This document shows positions 1 through 9,218 of a stretch of DNA of 64,000 nt, one piece after another; the first letter of the stretch is position 1; each line of letters opens with the position of its first letter. The position numbers and the translations under genes are program-made. This DNA comes from an uncultured bacterium (lineage in GTDB: Bacteria > Krumholzibacteriota > Krumholzibacteriia > Krumholzibacteriales > Krumholzibacteriaceae), in assembly GCA_965369375.1 (NCBI GenBank), contig CBDUQN010000008.1, positions 654-64,653 on the forward strand. Reading direction: 5' to 3'. Below the pieces are notes generated by a model. That model worked only from the letters and a program-made list of their open reading frames with translations, had not been told where the DNA came from and ran no database searches.

Positions 1-1512
1 CGCAACGGGGGCGCCATGTGGTCGAACAAGGGTGACCGTTTCGCCTACTACAGCACAAAGCGAAACGGCAGAGACTGGGATCTGTTGGTGGGCGATATCG
101 AAAAGCCCGCCGATGCCGTGCCGGTGGTCACGGAAGGGGGATTCTGGCTTCCCGGTGACTGGTCACCCGATGACAACAGCCTGCTCGTCATGCGGTATGT
201 GTCGGCGAACGAATCCTATGGATACGTTGTCGATCTCGAGACGCGGGCGCTCATGCAGCTTAGTCCATCCGAGGAGAAGGTTTCGTACGGCGGCGCCGTT
301 TGGGCGCGCGACGGCATGGGGATCTTCTTCAGCTCAGATCGTGAGAGCGAGTTCAAGCTGCTCCGATACTACGATATCGGTGAGAAGAAGGAGTACATCC
401 TCACCGAGGATATTCACTGGGATATAGAGGATTTCGAGATGTCCGACAAGGGTGACAGGCTCGCATTTACCGTCAATGAGGATGGGATAACGAAGCTCTA
501 CATGCTCGACACGCATTCGTTTCATTTCGAGGAGGTGCGGAGCATACCTGTCGGCCAGATCTATTCGCTGCACTTCAATCCCGACGGAGTGCATCTCGCC
601 TTTGTGATCAACACGCCTCAGACGCCGGGGGATGCGTATGTCCTGAGTGTCGAAAGCGGAGAGCTCGAACGGTGGACATACAGCGAGGTCGGCGGACTCG
701 ATACCGGTTCTTTCGTTGTCCCCGAGCTCATTCACTATGAGACTTTCGACACGGTGGATGGGAAGCCGCGCATGATTCCGGCATTTTGCTACAAGCCGAA
801 GAATGGGGAGGGTCCGTTCCCCGTTCTCATAGATATACACGGCGGACCCGAGGGGCAGGAGCTGCCATACTTCTCCGCGACCACACAGTATATGGTGAAT
901 GAGCTGGGGATTGCGGTGATCGCGCCCAACGTTCGTGGATCGAGCGGATATGGGAAGAGTTATCTCAAGCTCGATAACGGGTACAAGCGTGAGGATTCGG
1001 TGCGCGATATCGGCAAGCTCCTCGACTGGATAGAGAAGCAGCCCGAGCTCGACGCGTCGCGTGTGGGCGTGATCGGCGGATCGTACGGCGGATACATGGT
1101 GCTCGCCGCGATGACCATGTACAATGACCGTCTCAAGGCGGGCATCGATATTGTCGGCATAAGCAACTTTGTCACCTTTCTCGAGAATACAAAAGAGTAC
1201 CGCAGGGATTTGCGGCGTGTCGAGTATGGTGATGAGCAGGACCCCCGGATGCGCGAGTTCCTCAACAAGATCTCCCCACTGACCAACGCCGACAGGATCA
1301 CAAAGCCGATGTTCATTGTTCAGGGGCTCAACGACCCGAGGGTTCCGGTCGGTGAGTCGGAACAGATCGTGAAGGCTATTCGCGGCAACGGGGGGGATGT
1401 ATGGTATCTCCTCGCCAAGGATGAGGGTCACGGTTTCAGAAAGAAGCGAAACAGGGATTATTACGCCTACACCACGGTGCTCTTTCTCGAGACGCACCTG
1501 CTCGGGGATTGA
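1..1512 (+). CDS. S9 family serine peptidase (prolyl oligopeptidase / dipeptidyl aminopeptidase-like), 5'-truncated by the window edge
   Basis: The frame is open from base 1 (RNGGA precedes Met16), so the N-terminus lies upstream. TolB-like beta-propeller repeats are present (DWSPDDNSL, MSDKGDRLAF, FNPDGVHLAF). They are followed by an alpha/beta-hydrolase domain with nucleophile elbow GGSYGG, LNDPRVP (Asp) and DEGHGF (His). Confidence 0.85.
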   Translation, partial: RNGGAMWSNKGDRFAYYSTKRNGRDWDLLVGDIEKPADAVPVVTEGGFWLPGDWSPDDNSLLVMRYVSANESYGYVVDLETRALMQLSPSEEKVSYGGAVWARDGMGIFFSSDRESEFKLLRYYDIGEKKEYILTEDIHWDIEDFEMSDKGDRLAFTVNEDGITKLYMLDTHSFHFEEVRSIPVGQIYSLHFNPDGVHLAFVINTPQTPGDAYVLSVESGELERWTYSEVGGLDTGSFVVPELIHYETFDTVDGKPRMIPAFCYKPKNGEGPFPVLIDIHGGPEGQELPYFSATTQYMVNELGIAVIAPNVRGSSGYGKSYLKLDNGYKREDSVRDIGKLLDWIEKQPELDASRVGVIGGSYGGYMVLAAMTMYNDRLKAGIDIVGISNFVTFLENTKEYRRDLRRVEYGDEQDPRMREFLNKISPLTNADRITKPMFIVQGLNDPRVPVGESEQIVKAIRGNGGDVWYLLAKDEGHGFRKKRNRDYYAYTTVLFLETHLLGD

Positions 1513-1630
1513 GGCAACAGTGCGAGCATGATAATGCTAGATATTCAAAGGAGTTGCGATACTTTATAAATTATAGTAAAATTATTAATCAATTATTTTG
1601 AAAAAAGTTTACTATAGTAATTAAAAAGGC

Positions 1631-1659
1631 TTGCTTCTGTTATATCACTGGTTTATATT
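1631..1659 (+). promoter_or_regulatory. Candidate sigma70-type promoter for the 2-oxoacid:ferredoxin oxidoreductase operon
   Basis: TTGCTT (1631-1636), 17-nt spacer, TATATT (1654-1659). It sits in a strongly AT-rich intergenic region about 90 nt upstream of the 1748 start. Pattern match only. Confidence 0.35.
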
Positions 1660-1747
1660 GTAGCCGATTCAGGACCCTTACGTTCGTTTGTAAATTATGT
1701 AATGTTAAAAGGTTAAGAGGGTTCGAAGGAATCGGGAGAAATAACGG

Positions 1748-1957
1748 ATGGCCGAGGAGCAGTCGCCTGCAAAGAAGCCGGCGGTCATCAGGGTAAACAT
1801 AGAATGGTGTAAGGGGTGCGAGATCTGTGTTGCCTTCTGTCCCAAGGATGTTCTCGAGATGGAAGGCGGGAAGTGCAGGGTAGCGCGTCCGGAGGATTGC
1901 AGCAAGTGCATGCTCTGTGAGCTGCGCTGCCCGGATTTCGCCATTACCGTCGAATAA
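1748..1957 (+). CDS. korD: 2-oxoacid:ferredoxin oxidoreductase delta subunit (2x[4Fe-4S] ferredoxin-like, OorD/KorD type)
   Basis: 69 aa with two CxxCxxCxxxCP clusters (CKGCEICVAFCP, CSKCMLCELRCP). It is the first gene of a delta-alpha-beta-gamma operon. Confidence 0.85.
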   Translation: MAEEQSPAKKPAVIRVNIEWCKGCEICVAFCPKDVLEMEGGKCRVARPEDCSKCMLCELRCPDFAITVE

Positions 1958-2022
1958 AGGACTTTCCGGGTCCTATTTTTTTGTCCGGTCTTTCTCGGTG
2001 TCTATTAAGGAGCGAGCGCCAC

Positions 2023-3168
2023 GTGGCGGATGATTTGAACGAGAAGATCCTCATGATGCATGGAAATCAGGCCTGCGCGGAGGGGGCTATCGCCGCCGGC
2101 TGTCGATTCTATGCGGGATATCCGATCACTCCCAGTTCCGAGATCGCCGAGCACCTCGCCCGCAGGCTTCCGCTCATCGACGGGATGTTCATACAGATGG
2201 AGGACGAAATTGCGGCGATGGGTGTTATCATCGGGGCATCGCTCGCCGGTAATAAGGTTATGACCGCCACCTCGGGACCGGGATTCAGCCTCATGCAGGA
2301 AAATATCGGCTATGGGTGCATGGCGGAGGTTCCCTGCGTCGTTGTCAATGTCCAGCGCGGTGGGCCGAGCACCGGGATGCCGACACTTCCGTCGCAGATG
2401 GACGTGCAGCAGGCGCGCTGGGGGACGCATGGGGATCACGGGATCATTGCGCTGACGGCATCGTCGGCGCAGGAAACGTTCGAGCAGACGGTGAGAGCGT
2501 TTAACCTTGCGGAAACCTACATGACACCGGTAATTCTTCTCCTCGACGAGATTGTCGGTCATTCGACCGAGAAGGTCATTTTTCCCGATGCGAAAACGCT
2601 CGAGATCGTCGATAGAAAACAGCCGACCGAACCGCCGGATAAGTACCTTCCTTACAAGAAAACAGATTCGTGTATCCCCGTTCTCGCTCACCTCGGGACG
2701 GGATACCGTTATCACGTTACTGGACTCTGTCACAACGAAACGGGATTCCCGACAAATGAACCGAAGGAGATAGAGGCGAATATCATCCGTTTGACCGAGA
2801 AGATCACGAAACACGCAGATTCGATCATCAGGTTCAAAACACTTCTGCTCGAAGACGCGGATGTCGCGGTCTTTGCGTACGGCTCGGTCGCAAGATCCGC
2901 CCGTAGCGCCATCATGCAATGCAGGGAGCAGGGCATAAAAGCGGGACTGTTCGAGCCGACCGTGCTGTGGCCGTTTCCCGCTGAAGCGGTGGGTGAGGTT
3001 GCTCGTGCGGTGAAGGCGTTCGTCGTTCCCGAATTGAATCTCGGACAGATGGCGCGCGAAGTGGAGCTCTCGGTGAAGTGCAGGGCGGCGGTTCACCGCG
3101 TGAGCAGGGTCGACGGGGAACCCATTCCCCCGGGCCAGATAATCGCCAGGATCAAGGAGGTCGTCTGA
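2023..3168 (+). CDS. korA: 2-oxoacid (probably 2-oxoglutarate):ferredoxin oxidoreductase alpha subunit
   Basis: N-terminus reads LMMHGNQACAEGAIAAGCRFYAGYPITPSSEI, typical of KorA/OorA. The tracked ORF opens at 1981 (TTG), but AAGGAG (2007-2012) lies 10 nt before GTG 2023; ATG 2053 is an alternative start. Substrate is assigned from the oorDABC-like gene order, not proven. Confidence 0.85.
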   Translation: MADDLNEKILMMHGNQACAEGAIAAGCRFYAGYPITPSSEIAEHLARRLPLIDGMFIQMEDEIAAMGVIIGASLAGNKVMTATSGPGFSLMQENIGYGCMAEVPCVVVNVQRGGPSTGMPTLPSQMDVQQARWGTHGDHGIIALTASSAQETFEQTVRAFNLAETYMTPVILLLDEIVGHSTEKVIFPDAKTLEIVDRKQPTEPPDKYLPYKKTDSCIPVLAHLGTGYRYHVTGLCHNETGFPTNEPKEIEANIIRLTEKITKHADSIIRFKTLLLEDADVAVFAYGSVARSARSAIMQCREQGIKAGLFEPTVLWPFPAEAVGEVARAVKAFVVPELNLGQMAREVELSVKCRAAVHRVSRVDGEPIPPGQIIARIKEVV

Positions 3169-3169
3169 G

Positions 3170-3988
3170 ATGTTCGATTACCTCTCAAACGTTCGTGAAT
3201 GGAACTTCCCGCACATCTGGTGCTCCGGATGCGGCGACGGAATAGTGCTGAAGGCGTTTATCAGGGCAATGGAGAAGCTGGGCATCTCGCGGGACAGGGC
3301 GGTCATGGTTTCCGGGATAGGCTGCTCGAGCAGGACACCCGGGTACGTCGATATGAATACCATGCACACGACGCACGGGAGGGCGATTTCATTCGCCACA
3401 GGCGTCAAGCTGGCCAATCCTAAGTTGAATGTCATAGTCGTGACGGGAGACGGCGATGCGACGGCGATCGGCGGCAATCACTACATCCATGCGGCGCGGC
3501 GCAACATCGATCTCACCGTCCTTCTGTACAACAACTACATATACGGCATGACGGGGGGGCAGGTATCACCGACGACACCGCGCGGCGGCATGGCATCAAC
3601 CGCTCCGTACGGAAACAGGGAACCCCACTTCAATATTTCAGGGCTCGCAGAGGCGGCGGGTGCATCGTTCGTCGCACGCGGAGACGTTTACCACGTGCAG
3701 AAGCTCGAGAAACTCATATCACAGGCTATTCAGAAGAAGGGATTCTCCGTGGTGGAGATCCTCTCGCCCTGTCCCACCGCATGGGGGAGGCGCAACAGGA
3801 TGGCCCATCCGGTGAAGCTCATCGAGTGGCTGCGTGATAACGCCATTCCGAAATCCAAGTATGAGAAATTGAGTCCCGAGGAACGTGAAGGAAAGGTTCG
3901 CACGGGTGTTCTGGTTGATATAGACAAGCCGGAATTCATCGACGAGTATCAGAAGCTGTTACATGAACTCAAGGCGAGAAAGAAATGA
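3170..3988 (+). CDS. korB: 2-oxoacid:ferredoxin oxidoreductase beta subunit (TPP-binding)
   Basis: CSGCGDGIV Cys motif and the TPP loop GDGDATAIGGNH. The start is 1 nt after the korA stop. Confidence 0.9.
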   Translation: MFDYLSNVREWNFPHIWCSGCGDGIVLKAFIRAMEKLGISRDRAVMVSGIGCSSRTPGYVDMNTMHTTHGRAISFATGVKLANPKLNVIVVTGDGDATAIGGNHYIHAARRNIDLTVLLYNNYIYGMTGGQVSPTTPRGGMASTAPYGNREPHFNISGLAEAAGASFVARGDVYHVQKLEKLISQAIQKKGFSVVEILSPCPTAWGRRNRMAHPVKLIEWLRDNAIPKSKYEKLSPEEREGKVRTGVLVDIDKPEFIDEYQKLLHELKARKK

Positions 3989-4533
3989 AACGGTATGAAA
4001 TTCGATTGAGCGGTTCGGGCGGCCAGGGATTGATCCTTGCGGGGAAGATACTGGCGGAGGCGGTTGTTATCTACGAGGGGCGAAACGCCGTGCAGACGCA
4101 GAGCTACGGACCCGAAGCGAGAGGGGGAGCGAGCAAGGCCGAGGTCGTGATAAGCGACGGTGAGATCGACTATCCCAAGGCGGTCGAGCTCGATGTTCTC
4201 CTATCACTGACGCAGGCTGCCTGCACGCGGTACTCCGATGATCTGAAGCAGGGCGGCATCCTCATCGTGGATTCAGAGGCGGTGACTGAATTGCCCGAGG
4301 GCGACTACAAGGTCTATTCGATCCCCATCACCGAGATAGCGTCCAAGAAGGTTGGAAAGGTTGTCGTAACGAATATCGTGGCGCTCGGTGTCTTCACAAA
4401 AATTTCCGGGGTCGTTTCAGAATCGGCGATGAGAAAGGCGGTGCTCGCGAGGGTGCCCCGGGGCACCGAGGAATTGAACATGAAGGCCTTCGAGGAAGGC
4501 CTGAAAGCGGCGGGAGAGCACCTTTCCTCATAG
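3985..4533 (+). CDS. korG: 2-oxoacid:ferredoxin oxidoreductase gamma subunit
   Basis: N-terminal LSGSGGQGLILAG motif of POR/KOR gamma subunits. ATGA start/stop overlap with korB. Confidence 0.85.
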   Translation: MKRYEIRLSGSGGQGLILAGKILAEAVVIYEGRNAVQTQSYGPEARGGASKAEVVISDGEIDYPKAVELDVLLSLTQAACTRYSDDLKQGGILIVDSEAVTELPEGDYKVYSIPITEIASKKVGKVVVTNIVALGVFTKISGVVSESAMRKAVLARVPRGTEELNMKAFEEGLKAAGEHLSS

Positions 4534-4602
4534 CATCGGCAAGGGTGCCGGAATAGAGGAGCCGCTATGTTCATGAAGACGGAAATGCCCGGACATGATT
4601 TG

Positions 4603-4626
4603 AATGTGATAATGTGATAATGTTAC
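4603..4626 (+). promoter_or_regulatory. Tandem AATGTGAT x2(+1 degenerate) forming two overlapping extended -10 elements (TGTGATAAT); candidate malic enzyme promoter
   Basis: aatgtgat aatgtgat aatgttac at 4603-4626. TGnGATAAT resembles an extended -10 box, and SD GAGGAGG (4647-4653) precedes ATG 4661. Confidence 0.3.
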
Positions 4627-4660
4627 AACGCACTTTGAACAAACGCGAGGAGGTTGTTTG

Positions 4661-6001
4661 ATGGCAAAGAAAATGACCAAGGAAGAGCTAATCGCCAAGG
4701 CAAATAAGCCCGGTGAGGATGCGATGAAGCTGCATCCGTTTTATCTCGGAAAGATCGAGGTAATGCCCAAATGCTGTATCCGCGACTTTGATGATTTCGC
4801 GATATGGTATACGCCCGGTGTTGCGAAGCCCTGTCTCGATATTCACGATAATCCTGAAACGGTTTACAAGCATACGAACAAGTGGAACTTCGTCGCCGTC
4901 ATCAGTGACGGGACACGGGTGCTCGGCCTCGGCGATATCGGACCGGAGGCGAGTCTGCCGGTGATGGAGGGCAAGGCGCTGTTATTCAAATATCTCGGTG
5001 GCGTTGATGCGTTTCCCGTTTGCATCGACACGAAGGACCCCGATGTGCTCATCAACACTGTGAAACTCCTCCAGCCGACTTTCGGCGGTGTGAATCTCGA
5101 GGATATCTCGCAGCCGAAGTGCTTCCGTGTCCTCGAAACCTTGCGCAAAGAATGTCGTATCCCCGTCTGGCACGACGATCAGCAGGGTACCGCAGCCGTA
5201 ACGGTTGCGGGGCTTATCAACGCGCTCAAGATCGTCGGCAAGGATATCTCCAAGGTCAAGATTACGATGGTGGGGGCCGGCGCTTCCAATATCTGTATCT
5301 CGCGGATGATCATGCTCGCCGGTGTCACTCCGGGAAACATCATCATGTGCGACAGCAAGGGAATCCTTCACAAGGGTCGCGAGGAGCTCAAGGAGAGCTT
5401 CAAAGAGAAGTGGGAGATGTGCCAGAAGACGAACGGCGAGCAGAGAACGGGTAGTGTTCCCGATGCGATAGATGGGGCGGATGTTCTTATAGCGCTCTCG
5501 AAGCCGGGACCCGATACGATCAAGAAGGATTGGATCTCGACGATGGCCCAGGATTCGGTTGTATTTGTCTGCGCCAATCCGATCCCAGAGATCTGGCCGT
5601 GGGAGGCGACGGAGGCCGGCGCCAAGGTCGTCGCCACCGGTCGGAGCGATTTCCCCAACCAGGTCAACAACTCACTCGGATTTCCCGGTATATTCCGGGG
5701 CACCCTCGACGTCATGGCGAAGACGATCACCGACGAGATGTGCATCGCGGCGGCAAAGGAACTCGCCAAATGCGCCGAGGACAAGGGGCTCAGAGAAGAC
5801 TATCTCATCCCGACGATGGATGAATGGGAGGTGTATCCCCGCGAAGCCGCATCCGTCGGAAGGAAGGCGATCGAGCAGGGTGTGGCGCGTCTCGATCTTT
5901 CCTGGGATGAGCTTTACAACACGGCGTCAGAGATCATCAAGAAGTCCCGGGACCAGTTCCATACACTCCAGGACAAGGGGTTCATCAAGCTGCCCAAGTA
6001 A
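4661..6001 (+). CDS. NAD(P)-dependent malic enzyme (oxaloacetate-decarboxylating malate dehydrogenase), short form without PTA domain
   Basis: VISDGTRVLGLGDIG, GGVNLEDI and the Rossmann loop MVGAGASN are present. GAGGAGG lies 7 nt upstream of ATG 4661; the tracked ORF opens at TTG 4658. Confidence 0.9.
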   Translation: MAKKMTKEELIAKANKPGEDAMKLHPFYLGKIEVMPKCCIRDFDDFAIWYTPGVAKPCLDIHDNPETVYKHTNKWNFVAVISDGTRVLGLGDIGPEASLPVMEGKALLFKYLGGVDAFPVCIDTKDPDVLINTVKLLQPTFGGVNLEDISQPKCFRVLETLRKECRIPVWHDDQQGTAAVTVAGLINALKIVGKDISKVKITMVGAGASNICISRMIMLAGVTPGNIIMCDSKGILHKGREELKESFKEKWEMCQKTNGEQRTGSVPDAIDGADVLIALSKPGPDTIKKDWISTMAQDSVVFVCANPIPEIWPWEATEAGAKVVATGRSDFPNQVNNSLGFPGIFRGTLDVMAKTITDEMCIAAAKELAKCAEDKGLREDYLIPTMDEWEVYPREAASVGRKAIEQGVARLDLSWDELYNTASEIIKKSRDQFHTLQDKGFIKLPK

Positions 6002-6047
6002 GGACATGTGAAACACGCTATCGATTTTACTCGAAGGATTGCCGCAT

Positions 6048-6091
6048 GAGGCCGTTCGGTTCGTGGAATCGGGCGGCCTCGCTCTTTCTTT
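6048..6091 (+). terminator. Possible weak intrinsic terminator after the malic enzyme gene
   Basis: GAGGCCG (6048-6054) pairs with CGGCCTC (6074-6080) around a long loop, followed by GCTCTTTCTTT. The T tract is imperfect. Confidence 0.3.
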
Positions 6092-6200
6092 AAATATTTC
6101 TATTGCAAAGTGTTCTTGTTTTCTTTCAAATGCCTATGATTGGGTTCAGCTAACATGAGCGCGTTGCGCTCGCTTCATCCGCCTTGAAGTGAGGAGTACG

Positions 6201-6794
6201 ATGCATACCGGGACGCCGGGGAAATCGTCGATAAATCTTTACCGCATTCTCTGGCACAGTCTGACGGGCCTCGCAATCGTCGCGATCCTGTGGTTCACCT
6301 ACCCGTCGACGAGGCTCGTTTCCTTTATTCTGCTTGCCGCGTTTTTTCTCCTTCTCGCAATCGACATACTGCGTTTCACCACGCGAATGGGATATGCGCT
6401 CTTTTGGGCACACTTGAATTTTCTCGCGGGGGAGAAGGAGAAGAAGGGACTCAACACGTCGGTTTATTACGCGCTGTCCCTGCTGATATGCGTCAATATC
6501 TATGAACCGCGGATTGCGATGGGGGCGATTGTCTGTCTTGCCGTTGGTGATGTGACGGCCAACATCGTGGGCAAGCGATTCGGTCGGCACAGGCTCAAGG
6601 ACAAGTCGATCGAGGGCATGCTCGGCAACGCAATCGTCTGCTTCGCAATTCTCTATTTTATCGTGCCATCGATCCTCGTCGCCGGTGCCGGTGCTCTCGC
6701 CGGCGCGGTCGTGGAATTCTTGCCTATACCTATTCTCAACGATAATATTTCGATACCGCTTGTTGCGGGGCTGGTAATGACGCTCGCTGCTTGA
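6201..6794 (+). CDS. Diacylglycerol/polyprenol (dolichol/phytol) kinase-family membrane protein (CTP-transferase 1 superfamily)
   Basis: Polytopic membrane protein with GDVTANIVGKRFGRHRL...KSIEGMLGN, the signature region of SEC59/VTE5/CdsA-like enzymes. GAGGAG precedes ATG 6201; the tracked ORF opens at GTG 6189. Confidence 0.55.
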   Translation: MHTGTPGKSSINLYRILWHSLTGLAIVAILWFTYPSTRLVSFILLAAFFLLLAIDILRFTTRMGYALFWAHLNFLAGEKEKKGLNTSVYYALSLLICVNIYEPRIAMGAIVCLAVGDVTANIVGKRFGRHRLKDKSIEGMLGNAIVCFAILYFIVPSILVAGAGALAGAVVEFLPIPILNDNISIPLVAGLVMTLAA

Positions 6795-6800
6795 GGCCGG

Positions 6801-7256
6801 TTAACTGTAGATCACCCAGAACCGGTAGATGACGAACGCGACGACGAGCCCCTCGGTGATCCAGGACAACGGCTGGCGGTAGTATCCCTTGATACATTCG
6901 TTTCCCCAGAAGCCGGTGTGTTTCCAGAGGCGGAACGAGAAGCGTTTTTTCCAGAATGGGTAGAAGAGCGGCATGCCGACGGTGGATCCGAGGTCCACGA
7001 AGTAGTGGACGAGGAGACTGATTAATGCGAAGAAACCGTATTTGACTCCGATGAGTCCGAAGAGGAACGATACAATGACGGCAAAGAGGAGCGTATGGGT
7101 GATCGAGCAGTGGAAATCTTCGTCCGCCCAGCCCCACAGTATCGGGAAGGCGTCGAAGTTCGGGAGGAAATGGGCGAATCCGACGACTAGGAATGTTCTC
7201 CAGTTCCAGTCGTAGCTGCTGATCGCCAGAACTATCGCGGCGTGTCCAAACTGCAT
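6801..7256 (-). CDS. Membrane-bound metal-dependent hydrolase, YdjM/DUF457-like
   Basis: 151 aa with 4-5 TM segments. His-rich features (MQFGHAA, HCSITHTLLF, LLVHYFVDLGS) are typical of the YdjM family. Assignment is from recalled family features. Confidence 0.5.
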   Translation of the reverse strand: MQFGHAAIVLAISSYDWNWRTFLVVGFAHFLPNFDAFPILWGWADEDFHCSITHTLLFAVIVSFLFGLIGVKYGFFALISLLVHYFVDLGSTVGMPLFYPFWKKRFSFRLWKHTGFWGNECIKGYYRQPLSWITEGLVVAFVIYRFWVIYS

Positions 7257-7326
7257 TCGATGCCTCCTTGCCGATGTGGATTCACTTTATATGTATCGCC
7301 ACTTTTAGCAGATTGAGCGGTGTACG

Positions 7327-8025
7327 TCAATTCAAGGATTCTCCATTTCCGGCTTTTTCTTCCTTCTTTGAAGGATTCTCCATTTCCGGCTTTTTCTTTC
7401 TTCTTTGAAAGATAATCGAAGAGGTGAATAGAATGACGAACAGCACGATGATGATCCAGTTCGGTATCTTGATCATATAACCGAAGTGAGCGAGAACATA
7501 GAAACGGGGTGCTCTGCCGACCAAGACCGCTGCAAGGTATTTCCGCAAGCTGTATTTACTAGCCGATGCAAAAATCCTGAAAGGGTAGAAGGGAATAGGG
7601 GTGAGCGCCGCGACGACGAGACTGGCGAAGGGGGCGGTCATGAAATACTTGTTGAATTTCCTGAAGTACCGGTGATTCTTGAGATCGCTCATCTTGGGAA
7701 TTCTGAAGAGCTGGTCGATGAGGACATAATTGAGGTACTCGGTAAAGAGCGTCGCGAGGAGCGTCACCCAGGTTACGGTGAAGGGATGGAACAGCTTGCT
7801 GTAGTAAAAAATAATGGGCTCGTGAGGTATTACCGCGATGAGGAATTCCGACGGGATCGTATAGGCGAACAGGATCAGGAGCCGGCTGTACTGCGGGCCG
7901 CGATAGAGCGTGAGCAGGAGCGCGAGCACGAAGAGCACGGCGACCGATGCGATGACGATCCAGACAGTTCTGGTTAAATGCACTCTCTTTTCGGGAGTGC
8001 GAACTATGAAGTCATCGTGTTCCAC
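7327..8025 (-). CDS. DedA/VTT-domain (YqaA-like) membrane protein with a duplication-derived C-terminal tail
   Basis: Polytopic. YTIPSEFLIAVIPHEP and VLVGRAPRFYVL resemble YqaA/DedA motifs. The last 14 codons come from a 37-bp tandem duplication (see repeat 7334-7407). Confidence 0.45.
   Translation of the reverse strand: MEHDDFIVRTPEKRVHLTRTVWIVIASVAVLFVLALLLTLYRGPQYSRLLILFAYTIPSEFLIAVIPHEPIIFYYSKLFHPFTVTWVTLLATLFTEYLNYVLIDQLFRIPKMSDLKNHRYFRKFNKYFMTAPFASLVVAALTPIPFYPFRIFASASKYSLRKYLAAVLVGRAPRFYVLAHFGYMIKIPNWIIIVLFVILFTSSIIFQRRKKKPEMENPSKKEEKAGNGESLN
7334..7407. repeat. 37-bp tandem duplication, 2 copies, 36/37 identical, spanning the 3' end of the minus-strand gene
   Basis: 7334-7370 aaggattctccatttccggctttttcttccttctttg; 7371-7407 is identical except c7362 versus t7399. 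Confidence 0.95.
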
Positions 8026-9218
8026 TATTTTTTATTGGGTCGAGAGGCCCATGAATTTCTCACTTTGAGCATCCACATAGGGAGCCGCGATATCAGGATC
8101 GCGGCATCGTTGCACGCGTCGTAGCAGATCATGCATCGTGTGCATTTGGAGTAATCGATTTTCGGCGGGCTCGCAAGCGCGATGGCATTTTCCGGACACG
8201 CTGTAACGCATTCTCCACAGTCGGTGCAGACGTGCCGGTTCAGCTTCGGCTTTGGAAGATGAAAGAGAGAGGCCGCTCTGATAATGGGCCTGATATCGTA
8301 GTTGAAGCGATTGAGAAAGAAATTGCCCAATACGTACTGGGTTTTTCCATACACCTCGAATATTTTGAAGCCCTGCGGCCTTCTGAACGGTCTCTTGACA
8401 TCATTGATCGGCACTCCCCTGACTTCTATCCGCGACACGTCGGCGGCGCCGACCTCCTGCTCCCCGGCAAGCGTGAGGTGCTTGACTTCGCTCACGTCGA
8501 TCTCCATGATGGCTGCGGCCACACAATCGATCGCGACGACATCGGTGGAGGCAAGGACGAGATTCATGCCGACGGGGTATCCCATGGCCGGCCCCCAGCC
8601 CTCCATTGCATATATCGCATCCATGACGATGAGGTGCGGTTTTACGAGCCGGTTCAAGTCGACGAGCGCCTGATGGATCCCCGATAGGTGCATGTTCCAC
8701 TTCTCGCGCTGAGGCAGGGTCCCCATCATATTCTTCATGCCGCCGGTAAAGAGGGTGCAGTTGTGGGTTTTCATAACCGGCAGGGATACAATGAGATCCG
8801 CATTGTGAACCGTTTCCGAGATCCCCACCCGCTTCAGCGCCAGTGCGCCTTCGATCTCCCTTTGGATGATTTTGTCCCGGTCGAGATCCCTGATCTCGAG
8901 ATCGGGCAGCTCTTCACGGAAACGCAACAATGAGTAGATCGCTTCGGTGTTGTACTGGTTACCCGATGCCTCACCGATGACCACTTTCGCCCCCTTTTCG
9001 AGGAAGAAATTGGCCGTCGTGCGAATGATTTCGATGTTCGTGGTGGTGCCGACAGAGGCCGTTTCGGCCCTGATGACATTCGGCTTTATGAGAATGTTCA
9101 TTCCGGGCGTTATGGAGAAGGGGAATTCCCCGAGCAGCTCGATGGCTTCCCGCACTCCCCGGTCAATAGAATCATGTATCCGGACGATGGATACGGTGGA
9201 TTGGCCACTCATGCCCAC
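8025..9218 (-). CDS. DUF362 domain protein with C-terminal 2x[4Fe-4S] ferredoxin domain
   Basis: N-terminal DUF362 features (VSIVRI...NILIKPNV...MKTH). The C-terminus carries CTDCGECVTACP and CTRCMICYDACN. 1-nt stop/start overlap with the downstream gene. Confidence 0.7.
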   Translation of the reverse strand: MGMSGQSTVSIVRIHDSIDRGVREAIELLGEFPFSITPGMNILIKPNVIRAETASVGTTTNIEIIRTTANFFLEKGAKVVIGEASGNQYNTEAIYSLLRFREELPDLEIRDLDRDKIIQREIEGALALKRVGISETVHNADLIVSLPVMKTHNCTLFTGGMKNMMGTLPQREKWNMHLSGIHQALVDLNRLVKPHLIVMDAIYAMEGWGPAMGYPVGMNLVLASTDVVAIDCVAAAIMEIDVSEVKHLTLAGEQEVGAADVSRIEVRGVPINDVKRPFRRPQGFKIFEVYGKTQYVLGNFFLNRFNYDIRPIIRAASLFHLPKPKLNRHVCTDCGECVTACPENAIALASPPKIDYSKCTRCMICYDACNDAAILISRLPMWMLKVRNSWASRPNKK

